In this document: one piece after another, positions 24,423-37,292 of the stretch
How the letters are laid out: the number at the start of each line of letters is the position of its first letter
Position numbering within the stretch: the first letter of the stretch is position 1
Assembly (NCBI RefSeq): GCF_963921235.1
Contig: NC_086097.1
Span: 248,808,001-248,872,000 of the forward strand
DNA: 64,000 bases
DNA from: Mobula hypostoma
Lineage: Eukaryota
Direction: 5' to 3'
The notes under the pieces: generated by a model
What the model saw: the letters and a program-made list of their open reading frames with translations, nothing else
Databases searched by the model: none
Told to the model about the DNA's origin: nothing
Translations under genes and position numbers: made by a program

Positions 24423-25014
24423 TGTGAGCACGTGGTGAATGCGCACACACGCGTGCACATGCGCTCACTGTCTTGTCATTATGCTGAGTGTACACACTTC
24501 CGCCGGTATATTCTCATTTTTGGGACCCAAGCTGAGTTGATGAGCTCGGATTGCCAGTGTGATGCCTTTCCTGCATACACGGTGGAATAGTCCATTTCTT
24601 CAGTAATGAGGATATGTAAATAGGGATATGGTGTCTGTATACCGTATTTAAGGTCGATACTTCTCTTTACTTTGTAATATGATTGTAACTACATTGTGGG
24701 GTGCATCATATTCTCATTCATGTGTCGCCGTTAGTTAACTTCGTTAGTAATTAAAGAAAGCATGTCCTGGAGAAAGATAAAAGGGAGCTGGTCGATCTCA
24801 GTAGGAGAGAGAGAGATGGGGGCTGCCAGGTGTTCTTAGTTGAGAAAAATAGTACAGAGCTATTAGTGTGTTTTTTGGTAGATATCATTTTGTAAATATT
24901 AAGTTTTCTCTTCACTTTTTCGCTGATTTTTGACGCACCTAATAAACTCCCTTGCAGTAATGTGCTGAGTGACACCAACCATGTCCCCTTTCATCAAAAC
25001 CCACGTATCTATCG
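24423..25014 (+). mobile_element. Probable solo LTR (592 bp, 5-bp TSD)
   Basis: TG... start, ...CG end (likely mutated CA), AAGCC at 24418-24422 and 25015-25019, AATAAA at 24941; interrupted CR1 tail rejoins across it. Confidence 0.7.
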
Positions 25015-26744
25015 AAGCCCCTCCCCTCCATACAGCTGAGATGTTTTGTAATTGTACTCTCCTCGACCACTTCCTCCAGCAGCTCATGACATTCACTGAC
25101 TATCCTCTGTATAAAGACGTTACCGTGCAGGTCTCTTTTAAATCACTCCCCACTTGTCTTGCATTTGAATCCTTTAGTTTGGGACTCACCACCCCTGGGG
25201 CAGAGACTGTGACCATCCGCCCCTCATGATCCTACAAACTCCTGTGAGGTCATGCCTCATTCTGCACTCCGGGGAATAAAGATCCTATGTGGCCAACCTC
25301 TCCCCCTGTTCCAGAGAGCGTCCTTGTAAATCTCTTCTGCACCCCCTCCAGCTTCCCAGGCCTGCAAAGCTGTTCACAATACTCTTAAGTGTGGTCTCAC
25401 CACTGACTTATAAAACTGCAGCCCGGTGTCCCCATTCCTAAAGCCAACGCCCTGACTGATGAAGCCAAGCATGCGAGCGGCTTCATCTCCTGGTCTGTCT
25501 GTTTGCTCAGCTGCTCTCTGTGAGCCCCCACCACCCGGACCTTGCTGCTGCCGCTGGGAAGAAGGTACAGAAGCCTCGGGTCCCCCACCACCAGCTCAAG
25601 AAAAGTTTCTACTCTAAAACCATCAGGCTGCTGAACGGGTGTGGATAATTTGACTCCCCTTGAGACTCTACCCCTCACGTTCTCAATATTAATTAATTAA
25701 CTAATAATTGCCTGATTTCTGTATTTGTGCAGTTTATCTCCTTTGCATACTGGTTGTTTGTTTGTCTTTTGCTTGAGATCACATCCATTTTAGGTTTATA
25801 GTGACGATAGGCCGATTGCAGTGGGTCCATTCCTTGCTGAGGCAGGAATTGATACCAGCCATAACCAACCTCTCAAAGCTCTTCAGCACTGTGGATGTAT
25901 GTGCCGCTGGGTGATACACAGTGACATGTACAGTAGGTACTTGCGTAATAAATTTACTTTCAAATTTGAACTTAATCTTCCAGCAGAGTTCTGTTATGGA
26001 ACAACTTGGGACGCTGGCTATTTTGCTACAGAACTGTGATTTCAATTACAGATCTGATGTGCCGGTGCTGAGGAATCCTGTTTAACCGGAGCAGCTGTAT
26101 TTGCTTTTTGTCGCTTTAATTCCCACTCTTAAAGCAGCCAACAATCAGCAGGCATTCCTGAGCGCACATGTATTACCAATGGTAGCAGTCAAATTGGAGC
26201 CTAAAGACACACACTCAACCATTCAGGAACAGCTTCCCCTCCGCCATCAGATTTCTGAATGGTCGATGAACACCCCCTCACTACTTTTTTCCCCCTTTTT
26301 GCTTTACTTATTTAATTTAACTTTTAAAAATTTACATACTACCATAATTTACAGTTTTCATTATCATTGTACCTTTGCCACATAACAACAAATTTCACAA
26401 CATAAGACCATAAACATGGGAGCAGAATTAGGCCATTCAGCCCATCGAGTCTGCTCTGCCATTCCATCATGGCTGATCCCGGATCCCACTCAACCCCGTA
26501 CACCTGCCTTCTCGCCATAACCTTTGATGCCCTGACTGATCATAAAACTATCAGCTTCCGCCTTAAATATACCCACATACTTGGCCTCCACCACAGTCTG
26601 TGGCAGAGCATTCCGCAGGTTTATTACTCTCTGGCTAAAAACAATTCCTCCTTAACTCTGTCCTAAAGGGTGGCCCCTCAATTCTGAGGCTGTTCCCTTT
26701 AGCTCAGGATACCCCCACCATAGGAAACATCCTCTCCACATCCA

Positions 26745-27052
26745 CCCCTCCCCCTTTTCCTTCTCCCCGGACCTCCTGTCTCATGATCCTCTCATATCCC
26801 TTTTGCCAATCACCTGTCCAGCTCTTGGCTCCGTCCCTCCCCCTCCTGTCTTCTCCTATCATTTTGGATCTCCCCCTCCCCCTCCCACTTTCAAATCCCT
26901 TACTCACTCTTCCTTCAGTTAGTCCTGACGAAGAGTCTCGGCCCAAAACGTTGACTGCACATCTTCCTAGAGATGCTGCCTGGCCTGCTGCGTTCGCCAG
27001 CAACTTTGATGTGTGTTGCTTGAAATTCCAGCATCTGCAGAATTCCTCGTGG
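26745..27052 (+). mobile_element. Penelope-derived element nested in a minus-strand CR1 3' end
   Basis: Nearly identical to the reverse complement of 39104-39400; hammerhead GAAA mutated (TAGTCCTGACGAAGAGTCTCGGCCCAAAACGTTGACTG). Confidence 0.8.
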
Positions 27053-28619
27053 AAATGCTCCTGATGTGTTAATTCCTTCATTCCCAGAATCATCCTCGAG
27101 AACCTCATGAACATATACCAGTGACATTAAACCTGATTCTGATCCTGAAGATGAGCCCATGAAGCCCGTTGCTGTCCACCTGGTGACTGATTCCTTAGTT
27201 TAACAAAACTGTCACTAACTTTAGCATTGCCTTCCTTAGCTTTTACAGGTCAACTGTCAGAGGACTGTAACAACGTATAGACTTGTTTGTATGTCTGGGT
27301 GGATGCTAACACATTGCGTATGTGAACATTCCTACACTCGAGTGCGTGTTTCCATGTGAGAGTGTGAGCATGCACATATTTAGGCAATGGGTTCACATGG
27401 CTCCACAATTCTTGTATGTAAACTAATTTTTCCATGAATGAATCTACACATATCATTCTCTGATTCAAGAAATTTAATCCTACCACAAGAGGGGAGTTTT
27501 GATCACTCTCGAGGGATTTATTATGACTGTAACACAGTTGCTAACTGCTGTTATATTCATTTCTTCATAATAAATATGCTTTAACTCCTTCATCTCACTT
27601 TCTCTCACTCTTTCCATCACTCACTTTCTCTCTCCTCTCCCTCTATCTTTTTCTCCCCTCTATCTCTCCAGCTCACTCTCTCTCCCCCCTCTCACTCCCC
27701 TCTTTTCCCCCCTCTCCCCTCCATCTCGCTCTACTTTTCTCTCTATCTCTCTACCCCTCCTTCTGTCTCTCTCCCTAACTCTCCCTCCAACCTTCTCAGG
27801 GATTAATGTATCCGAATGAGAACCACCGACATGTTGTAAAACCTGTTGACTTGTATGAGGAAAAGCAGGCTCTGGCAGCAGACTCAATGGGCCAAATGGC
27901 CTGATTCTGCTCTGATGTCTTATGGGTCTGAGGCTGAGCCATAATAGTACCAAAACAGGCCCTTTGGCCTGTGTAGTCTGTGTCAAAATGTTATTCTCCC
28001 TAATACCGGGACCATCCCCCTCTGTACCCCTCCCATCCAAGTACTTATCCAAATTGAAATCGAAACCACATCCCTCACTTCCACTAGCAGCTCATTCCAC
28101 TCTCACACCACCTCTGAGTGAAGAAATCCCCCCTCATGTTCACCTTTCACCCTTAACCCATGACCTCTGGTTGTAGATCCACCCAACCTCAGGAGAAAAA
28201 GCCTCGGGTTCAAAATGTCAGGGAAAGAAAGGGCAGACGTCAGAGGTTCTAGAACTGGGCAAGAGTTGGAGTTCCAACAGGAGAGTGGCAGTGAACAGAA
28301 AAGGCCGGTTTAGACTCCCTGGTTAGTGGTGACAAACCGACCTCACTGATTACCAGCACCTCTACTGATCTGCTGAGGAGCCAGGGAATGGGAAGTCAGT
28401 GACTGGGTGGAAGAGGCCTGGATTGATTAGTAATGAGGGGCCTGGATTGATTAGGAGAGTTGGGAACAGTAACTGAAGATCTGGCCAATTAAGATGCTAG
28501 CCCAGAGTAGGGTCAAGCAAATTCAAAGCAAGTTACTGTAATGAAAATAGGAAAACTGTGCAAATACTCAAGGAGTCCAACAGCAGCTGCAGAGAGAGGA
28601 AAATTAACAATGGTCTCCC

Positions 28620-30209
28620 ACCTCCTCTCCCTCCCTCCCTCTCTCCCTCCCCCTCTCTCTCCCCCTCCCCCTCTCCCTGTCCCTCCGTCCCTCTCCCCCA
28701 CACACGCGCCCCCTCTCTCCCTCACGCTCGTGCCCCTATCTCTCTCTCACACACGCGCCCCCTCTCTCTCTCACGCTCACCCCCTGCCCCCGTGATCCCT
28801 CACCCTCACATGCCCCCTCTTTCTTTCTCTCCTCTCTCTCTCTCTCCCCCTCTCTCTCCCCCTCTCTCTCTCCCCTCTCTCTCTCCCCTCTCTCTCTCCC
28901 CTCTCTCTCTCCCCTCTCTCTCTCCCCTCTCTCTCTCCCCTCTCTCTCTCTCCCCTCTCTCTCTCTCCCCTCTCTCTCTCTCTCCCCCTTTCTCTCTCTC
29001 CCCTCTCTCTCTCTCCCCCTTTCTCTCCCTCTCCCTCTCTCTCCCCCTTTCTCTCCCTCCCCCTCTCTCCCTCCCCCTCTCCCCCTCCCCCTCTCCCTCC
29101 CCCTCTCTCTCCCCCCTCTCTCTCCCCCCTCTCTCTCCCCCCTCTCTTTCCCCCCTCTCTCCCCCTCTCCCCCCTCTCCCCCTCTCCCCCTCTCTCCCCC
29201 TCTCTCCCCCTCTCTCCCCCCTCTCCCCCCTCTCCCCCTCTCCCCCTCTCCCCCCTCTCCCCCTCTCCCCCCTCTCCCCCCTCTCCCCCCTCTTCCCCCT
29301 CTCCCCCCTCTCCCTCTCTCTCCCCTCTCTCTCCCCCCTCTCTCTCCCCCCTCCCTGTCCCTCTGCCTCTCTCCCACACACGCGCCCCCGCTCTCCCTCA
29401 CGCTCGCGCCCCTATCTCTCTCTCACACACGCACCCCCTCTCTCTCTCACGCTCACCCCCTGCCCTCGTGATCCCTCACCCTCACATGCCCCCTCTTTCT
29501 TTCTCTCCTCTCTCTCTCTCCCTCTCTCTCTCCCCCTCTCTCTCTCTCCCCCTCTCTCTCTCCCTCTCTCTCTCCCCCCTCTCTCTCTCCCCCTCTCTCT
29601 CTCCCCCTCTCTCTCTCCCCCCTCTCTCTCCCCCTCTCTCTCTCCCCTCTCTCTCTCCCCCTCTCTCCCCCCTCTCTCCCCCTCTCTCCCCCTCTCCCCC
29701 CTCTCCCCCTCTCCCCCCTCTCCCCCCTTCCCCCCTCTCCCCCCTCTCCCTCTCTCTCCCCTCTCTCTCCCCCCTCTCTCTCCCCCTCTCTCTCCCTCCC
29801 CCTCTCCCTGTCCCTCTGCCTCTCTCCCACACACGCGCCCCCGCTCTCCCTCACGCTCGCGCCCCTATCTCTCTCTCACACACGCACCCCCTCTCTCTCT
29901 CACGCTCACCCCCTGCCCTCGTGATCCCTCACCCTCACATGCCCCCTCTTTCTTTCTCTCCTCTCTCTCTCTCCCGCTCTCTCCCCCCTCTCTCTCTCCC
30001 CCTCTCTCTCTCCCCCTCTCTCTCTCCCCCCTCTCTCTCCCCCTCTCTCTCTCCCCCTCTCTCTCTCCCCCTCTCTCTCCCCCTCTCTCTCTCCCCCCTC
30101 TCTCTCTCCCCCCTCTCTCTCTCCCCCTCTCTCTCTCCCCCATCTCTCTCTCCCCCTCTCTCTCTCCCCCCTCTCTCTCTCCCCCCCTCTCTCTCCCCCC
30201 GCTCCCCCC
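28620..30209. repeat. Polypyrimidine (CT/CCCCT)n tract with three copies of a ~150-bp complex unit
   Basis: Almost pure C/T on the plus strand; CCCTGTCCCTC...CACACGCGCCCC...CGTGATCCCTCACCCTCACATGCCCC recurs near 28675, 29354 and 29806. Confidence 0.95.
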
Positions 30210-30907
30210 ATGATTGCCTCAAGTAGCGAGATACGGTGAAGATCAGATCATTGCACTGTGCATCAAGGTAGTACAAGGTAAAACAATATTCCTTTTCAAA
30301 TCCCAGGATCATTGCTTTACTCAAATCAGAGGGTAGCCCTTTTAAGATCTAGTGATAGTCCTTTTCAATCCAGTGATAATCCCTTTTAAAAACACAGATT
30401 AGGAGTATCAGGGGCCACAAGGTTCCCTGAGGCAGCTATGTGATTTAATAAAAGTACGGCTGATCTGACTGTGACCTGAACTATCGAATCCCAACCCTCT
30501 TCTTTTCAACAATCTGTTAACTTCCGCACTGTGTAAATTCTACCTTCTGCCAGCCTTTCCAGAAGAGGATTCCAAAGTCTAACAATGATCTCAGAGAGAA
30601 AATAATCTGTGATCCCTATTTTTAAACATTGACATCTGGTTTGGTAGCCTCTGGAAAAAAAGAAAACATTCTCTCCACATCCAGTCTGTCAAGACCGCTC
30701 AGTTTCTTTAGTCAAATCCCTTCTTCACTTTCCAAAAATCTATAGAGCCCACTCATTCCAAGAACACCAGCTCTGGTGGGTGCATGGAACGCACTGCTGG
30801 TGGCTGGTGGTTTAGGCAGAGACATTAGGGACACTTAAGAGACTGTTGGAAAGGCACATGGATCAAAGAAAAAATTAAGAGGCATGTGGGAGGAAGTGTT
30901 GGACAGA

Positions 30908-31445
30908 TAACAGGAGACTCTGCAGATGCTGGATATCTTGAGCAACACATGCAAAATGCTGGAGGAACTCAGCAGGTCAGGCAGCATCTACGGAGGGAAA
31001 TAAACAGTGGACGATTCAGGCTGAGACTGGCAATAAAGGAAGTAGCCAGAGTGAGAGGTTGGAGGGCAGGGGGAGGATGAGGAGTACAGCTGGCAGGTGG
31101 TAGGTGGGACCAGGTGAACGGGGAGGTGGGTGTTTAGGTGTGTGGGGATGATAGAAGAAGGAATCTGACAGCACCATGGGAGAGAGGGAAGGAGGAGGGG
31201 CACCGGAGGGAAGTGATGGGCAGGTGAGGAGAAGAGAAGGGGTGAATGGGGAACCAGAATGGGAAATGGAAAAAGAGAGGAGAGGGAAGGAGTGATAAAT
31301 TACCAGAATTTTGAGAAATCAATGTCCATGCCATCAGATTGGAGGCTACTTAGATGGAATATAAGGTGTTGCTCCTCCAGTGTGAATGTGGCCTCATCAT
31401 GGCAGTAGAGGAGGCCATGGGCTGAGAGGTTGGAATGGGGATGGG
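30908..31445 (-). mobile_element. Penelope-like element 3' end
   Basis: Minus strand HGLLYCHDEATFTLEEQHLIFHLSSLQSDGMDIDFS (GIY-YIG C-terminus) plus UTR. Confidence 0.8.
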
Positions 31446-31575
31446 GAGAGTGATTGTAGAGTAGGTTAAGAGATTGGCAAAATATCGTCGGCTGGAGGGC
31501 CTATACTGTGTTGCTTGCACAAAAATGAATCTCAGGAGTATATGGTGACATATATTGGTACTTCTATAATAAATT

Positions 31576-32276
31576 TGTAAGGGGTTTCTTTTTTCTTTAT
31601 GTTACTGTGTAGTCTAATTAAAATGGCTTCTTTGTTATGTTATAATTGAAAGGGCTTCTTTGTTATGTTAACGGCTGAGAAAGTCCTTCCCGCTAGCAGT
31701 TTGTTTTGGATTATCTATTGATATGAGGACAAATGAATCAATTGCGATAGTTGTTATGCTCTTGGTGTGTCTGAAGATATTGTATGTGCGGGATTTTGGG
31801 GCAGAAGGCGGGAGAGAGAGACAGAGGATGGACCAGGTACCGTGAGTCCGCTAACGGGGTCGAACCCCGAGCTGGGCGTTCGGCGAGGAGAGGAGATGGA
31901 GACGGACTCATGTGGAGCGTCTGGGCAACCAATGTTGTTGGTCCCAGGCGGCCGGTCGAGGTGGTCCGAGGGGTCGCAGGGTGAATAAGAAGGGTCCTGA
32001 GCCCCAACTGTTTGTGCACAAAGAGATTGAACTTTGATAAGTGTGGCACCTTTTATTTTCCTGTTATATTTTATTCTCTGTTAATTATATAGTTCCAGTA
32101 ATATCTATAAACTGTAAATCATTTAATCGTATCTTGTGTATTGTCTGTTATTTGGGCAGGGTGGGGTACATCACACAGCATCCACACAAACTAATTCCCC
32201 AGTTTGGCGGAGCCGAGGGCTGTTTCCCTAGACGACAGCGAGCCGAGCGACCCTGAGGGTGGCCAGGGGGACTACA
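31576..32276 (+). mobile_element. Solo LTR (701 bp, 4-bp TSD)
   Basis: TGTA...TACA termini; AATT at 31572-31575 and 32277-32280; host LINE tail ATAATAAATT|ATTTTGAATTTGACTTTGA rejoins. Confidence 0.85.
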
Positions 32277-32335
32277 AATTATTTTGAATTTGACTTTGAA
32301 TGGCCAAAATAAATCAAACCTCGGTTCCCCATGTG

Positions 32336-32989
32336 CATAACTGTGTAAAGGTGTTAGGCAAGTATATATAGCAAGGGTGCCTAGGACTTTTACACTGTAT
32401 GGTATTTGTCAATGTGGAGCAGAGAGCATGTTTGTAAATCTGGTGGGAGCAGAGGACATTGGGAATGGCGAGGGTGGAGTGCCGCGGGAAGGGTGCAGGA
32501 CGCGTGGCAGAGAAGGTGTGCCAGGGTTTGGCACACCCAGCCCTGAGACACCAGGCAAAGTCATTTCATTCCAAACAATTGATTTACTGATCATTACAGA
32601 ATGTCTCTCTGGTGTTTCCCGTTCTCCCCTCTCCCTGCTCCCTCCCACTCTCAGTCCACAATAGAGACCCATATCAGAATCAGAAACAAGAGAAAATCTG
32701 CGGATGCTGGAAGTCTGAGCAACACACACAGGAAAAGAGTACAGTTGACGTTCCAGGCCGACTGTTGACTGTACTTTTATTTTTCCTAGATGCTGCCTGG
32801 CCTGCAGAGTTCCTCCAGCATTTTGTGTGTGTCATATCAGAATCAGGTTTATCACCACTCCCATATGTCATGAAATTAGTTTTTTTTGTGGCAGCAATGC
32901 AATACATAAAATTAGAACAGTACTTTACAAAAGCCTGTGGCACCCTAGCTATATACTGTATATGTGCCTCAGATTTTTGCTCAGTTTTG
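32336..32989. mobile_element. Composite Tc1-type MITE (copy 1)
   Basis: ~70-bp self-palindromic ends (TIR consensus about CAGTACTGTGCAAAAGTCTTAGGCAC) in opposite orientation; TA at 32990; interior collinear with 40855-41297. Confidence 0.7.
32684..32832. mobile_element. Penelope-derived fold-back element with 14-bp TSD
   Basis: CATATCAGAATCAG at 32670-32683 and 32833-32846. Confidence 0.8.
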
Positions 32990-33294
32990 TATGATAACTT
33001 TCCTAATAATCTGCAGAACCTGAAGAATGGTCTTTTGAAGATTGTGCACAAGGGTTCCTCTGTATCTCAGGACTCTGTAACCTCTCATCCTTTTAGAAAC
33101 TTTCCTGTGACAGTGGACAGTTTGACATTTTCCACATGAAACCAGTTGCCAGATCTTTGCCCATTCACCCACGTTGACCTTCTTCCTGTGCAGACTTATT
33201 GTGTCTCTTGCGCAACTCGCTCTCCAAAATACCTTCATGTCATCAGCACATTCCTGAATCTGAATCAGAATCGGGTTAATTGTCATTGACATCA

Positions 33295-33963
33295 TTGTCA
33301 TTATATGCTGTATCGTTTGATGTGGGCGTTCAGTGTCTGTGACCATGATTGTTCTTGGCAAATTTTTCAACAGAACTTAAAAGGTTCACGATTCATTTAT
33401 TATCGAAGAACGTATGCAGTATACAGCTCTGAGATTCATCTTTTCTAGATAGCCACGAAACAAAGAAAACCATGGAAGTCATTCAAAGGAAAACATCAAG
33501 CCCTCCCCCGCACAAAACGAACAAATCGTACAAATGGAAAATACATCAAACCCCAAACCCCTATGCAGAAAAGAATTCATGCAAACTGCAAAAACATCAA
33601 ACCCCAAATGCCCCCTCACACAAAAAAATAGCAAATCACATCGAACTGCAACCACATCCCCCCTCTCCCAAATGGTTTGCCATTGCCTTCCCTGGGCAGT
33701 GTTTTTACAAGACAGGTGATGCCAACCATTATCAATACTCTTCAGAGATTGACTGCCTGGCATCAGTTGTTGAATAACCAGGACTTGTGATATGCACCAG
33801 CTGCTCATACGACCATCCACCACCTGCTCCCATGGCTTCACATGACCCTGACTGGGGGGCTGAGAAGGTGCTACACCTTGCCCAAGGGTGACCTGCAAGC
33901 TGGTGAAGGGAAGAATCACTTTACACCTTCTTTGGTAGAAATGCATCTCCACACTGCCACCCA
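33295..33963 (-). mobile_element. Second RTE-tailed non-autonomous family, interrupted at about 33378-33670
   Basis: Collinear with 59341-59732; minus-strand GGCAATGGCAAACCA...AAATTTGCCAAGAACAA tail. Confidence 0.65.
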
Positions 33964-34373
33964 TATCATTGACATATGTTGTGAAATTTGTTGTTGTACA
34001 GCAGTGGTACTGTGCCGGTTATAAAAAATACTTTTATAAGTTTCAATAGAAAGATGGATGGCTAAGGAGTAATCATGAAATAAATAATAATGCAAAAAAA
34101 AAAGCAATAATGAGGTCGTGCTCATATTGCAGTGTCGTCAATTTACGGTAGCCCAGGAGTGAGGCATTAGAGTCAGCGCACTCCTCCAGAGGGCAGTGTG
34201 GCTCAGTGTCCAAGCTGCAGTGGGTGCTACCCCCTTCACCGCCCCCCCAGGGTTTGCTGGGCAGAAAACAAGCCGTAATGTGTTCGCCTGCAGACTGCTG
34301 CAACAGTTATGGACTCGGGGACTTGGACTACATTTTTTACAGGACTGGATTTTAATGATATCGTATGTACTAT

Positions 34374-34535
34374 AGGTGCAACAGCCACACAAAATGCTGG
34401 AGGAACTCAGCAGGCCAGGCAGCATCAGTTGATTGTACTTTTTTCTATAGATACTGCCTGGCCTGCTGAGTTCCTCCAGCATTTTGTGTGTGTGTGTTGC
34501 TGGCACTTCCAGCATCTGCAGATTTTCTCTTGTTA
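34374..34535. mobile_element. Penelope-derived fold-back element
   Basis: Inverted arms CACACAAAATGCTGGAGGAACTCAGCAGGCCAGGCAG; flanking GTACTAT at 34367-34373 and 34536-34542. Confidence 0.78.
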
Positions 34536-34967
34536 GTACTATGCCTTGTGCTGTGTGTGATGGTTGGTACTGTGTTTGGCACCTTAGCCCCAAGTATAAC
34601 ACTATTTTGTTTGGCTGTTTTCATGGGTATTCATGTATGGTTCAGTGACAATTAAACAAACTCTGAACTATGGCTACATGGACCTTTCAGGTGGCAGAGG
34701 GGGAGAAGCTGTTCCTAAAACCTTAAGTATGCATCTTCTGCCTCTTTCACAATGATAGTAAGAAGGAGAATGTGTGTTGTGAGTGGTGGGGTCCTTAATG
34801 TTGAATCTGACTTCTTAAAGTATCGCCTTTTGAAGACATCCTTGATGGTGAGGATTGGTAGAGCTGCCCATGACAGAGGTTTACCTTTTTGTAAAGGTAA
34901 CTTTACAACCCTCTGCAGCCTCTTGCAATCGAGGTGGCGATGCAGAACGCTATCCTTTGTACATTGA

Positions 34968-35350
34968 CTGTGTGTGAAGGGAGGGAAGTGGGTGCAGTTA
35001 CTGTTACAAGAGAGAAGGTGCTCAAAAAGCTGAAAGACCTAAAGGTACATAAGTCACCCGGACCAGAGGCCCTGCACCCTAGGGTTCTGAAAGAGGTAGC
35101 ATTAGAGATTGTGGTGGCATTAGAAATGATCTTTCAAAAATCATTGGACTCTGACATGGTGCCAGAGGTCTGGAAAATTGCAAATGTCACTCCATTCTTT
35201 AAGAAAGGAGGAAGGCAGCAGAAAGGAAATTATAGACCAGTTAGCCTGACCTCAGTGGTTGGGAAGATGTTAGAGTCAATTGTTAAGGATGAGGTGACGG
35301 AGTACTTGGTTTCCCAGGACAAGATGGTACAAAGTCAGCCTGGTTTCCTT
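34968..35350 (+). mobile_element. CR1 ORF2 internal fragment
   Basis: KSPGPEALHPRVLKE...WKIANVTPFFKKG...NYRPVSLTSVVGKMLES. Confidence 0.88.
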
Positions 35351-35479
35351 TGACCTGTTTGGCATGAATGACCCTACCAAGAGCCAAAGGATAATGCCCT
35401 GATTTGATTCAGCACAGCTCTCTCGGTCATTTGAGGCATGCAGGCCTCCAAACCATGATAAGGTTGTGGTCCTCTTGGA

Positions 35480-36115
35480 GGCCACCTAGTCTGTATTGAA
35501 CCATTGACCCAGTCCCATCGAGCCAGCACTTGGACCACAGCCCTCCATTCCTCTACCATCCATGAACCTCTCCAAACTTGTCTTAAACATTGAAGTCAAA
35601 CCCGCATCCACCACTTGTGCTGGCAACTCATTCCACACTCTCACACCACCCTCTGAGTGAAGAAGTTTCCCCTCATGTTCCCCTTAAATATTTCACTTTT
35701 CATCCTTAACCCACTACCTCTAGTTCTAGTCTCACCAAACCTCAGTGGAAAAAGCCTGCTTGCTTAAAATTATCTGTACCCTTCATAATTTTTGTATGCC
35801 ATTATTAAATCTCCTGTGCTTAGGAATAAACTCCTAACCTATTCAACCTTCCTTATAACTCAGGCCCTCAAGTCCCAGCAGCATCCTCCTAAATTTTCTC
35901 TGTACTCTTTGAATCTTATTGACATTTTTCCTCTAGTTAGATAACCAAAACTGCACGTAGTACAGTACTCCATATTAGGCCTCAGCAAAGTCTTGAACAA
36001 TTTCAACATAACAGCCCAACTTCTGTACTCAATACTTTGATTTATGAAGGCCAATGTGCCAAAAGCTCTTTTTAAGGCCCTATCTACCTGTGACACCACT
36101 TTCAAGGAATTCCGG
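35480..36115 (-). mobile_element. CR1 3' fragment
   Basis: Minus strand RAFGTLAFINQSIEYRSW...LRPNMEYC. Confidence 0.8.
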
Positions 36116-37276
36116 ATCTACATTCTGTTTTTGACTTTTTTTTGTTAGCTGGCCAATGTTTAATCCATGCCAATAATTTACTGTGCACTGTAAGCATTTA
36201 CCTCATTATGATCGTGCACCTCACAAAATGCCTTAAGGAGATGCAAGCATAGCGAATCCACCATTTCATTTACACTTTACTCCTTCAAAGGGCTCTGGTA
36301 AATTGTTCAGACATAATTCTCTTTCACAAAACCACAGTCTGTCTTAGCCTCGCTTTAAAGTTATTAATTACAGCTTCTAACATTCCTGCTCTAACAGATG
36401 TTAAACTAAAGATTAAACATTAGCTTTATTTGTCACATGTACATCAAAACGTGCAGTGAAATGTAATTTTGCCTCAACAGCCATCACAGTCTGAGGACTG
36501 TCCTGGGAGCAGCCCGTTAAGTGTCACACACTTTCGGTGTCAATGTAGAATTCCAGCATCTCACCACCCCTAACTCTACATCTCTGGAACGTCGGAGCGC
36601 CCGGAGGAAACAGTCGTGATGAGAATGTACAAAACCCTTACAGATGGCAGCGGAAATCCAACCCCAGTCTCAGGGTAGAGGGGCGTCCATTTAAAACACA
36701 GCTGTGGAAAAATTTCTTTAGCCAGAGGGTGGTGAATTTGTAGACCTTATTACCACAGGCAGCTGTGGAAGCCAGGTCGTTGAGTGTATTTAAGGCAGAC
36801 CTTGATACGTTCTTGATTGGCCACGGCATCAGCGATGATTGGCAGAAGGCCAGGGAGTGGGGCTGAGGGGAAAAAAGGATCAGCCATGATTAAATGGCGG
36901 AGCAGACTCGATGGGCCAAATGACCTAATTCTGCTCCTGTGTCTTATGCTCTTAAGTTCCCCCTCAAGTTTCTCTTAAACTTTTCACCTTTCACCCTCAA
37001 CCCGTGACCTCGAGGTCTTGTCTCACCCAACCTCTGTGGAAAAAGCTTGTTTACCCCTCAAAATTATGAGGTTATACCCCTCAAAATTTTGTAAGCCTCT
37101 ATCAAATCTCCCCTCATTCTCCCACGCTCCAGGGAATAAAGTCCTAATGTACAGTGTTCGACTCTCCCTATAACTCAGGTCCTCAAGTCCCAGTAACATC
37201 CTTGTCAATTCTCTTTTCACTCTGTCAATCCGATTGACATCTTTCCTGTAGGAAAATGACCAGAACTTCACAGATT

Positions 37277-37280
37277 AAAA
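37277..37280 (-). terminator. Pol III terminator (T4) of the tRNA-Thr gene
   Basis: AAAA on plus, i.e. TTTT just downstream of the tRNA 3' end. Confidence 0.55.
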
Positions 37281-37292
37281 CAGATACACCGC

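Noticed and set aside
28558..30226. 551-aa Pro/Ser/Leu ORF and Arg/Glu/Gly antisense ORFs
   Set aside because: Translation of C/T low-complexity DNA, which cannot contain stop codons
34183..34197. CTCF-like motif CCTCCAGAGGGCAGT
   Set aside because: Single short match, probably within a TE fragment; expected by chance in 64 kb
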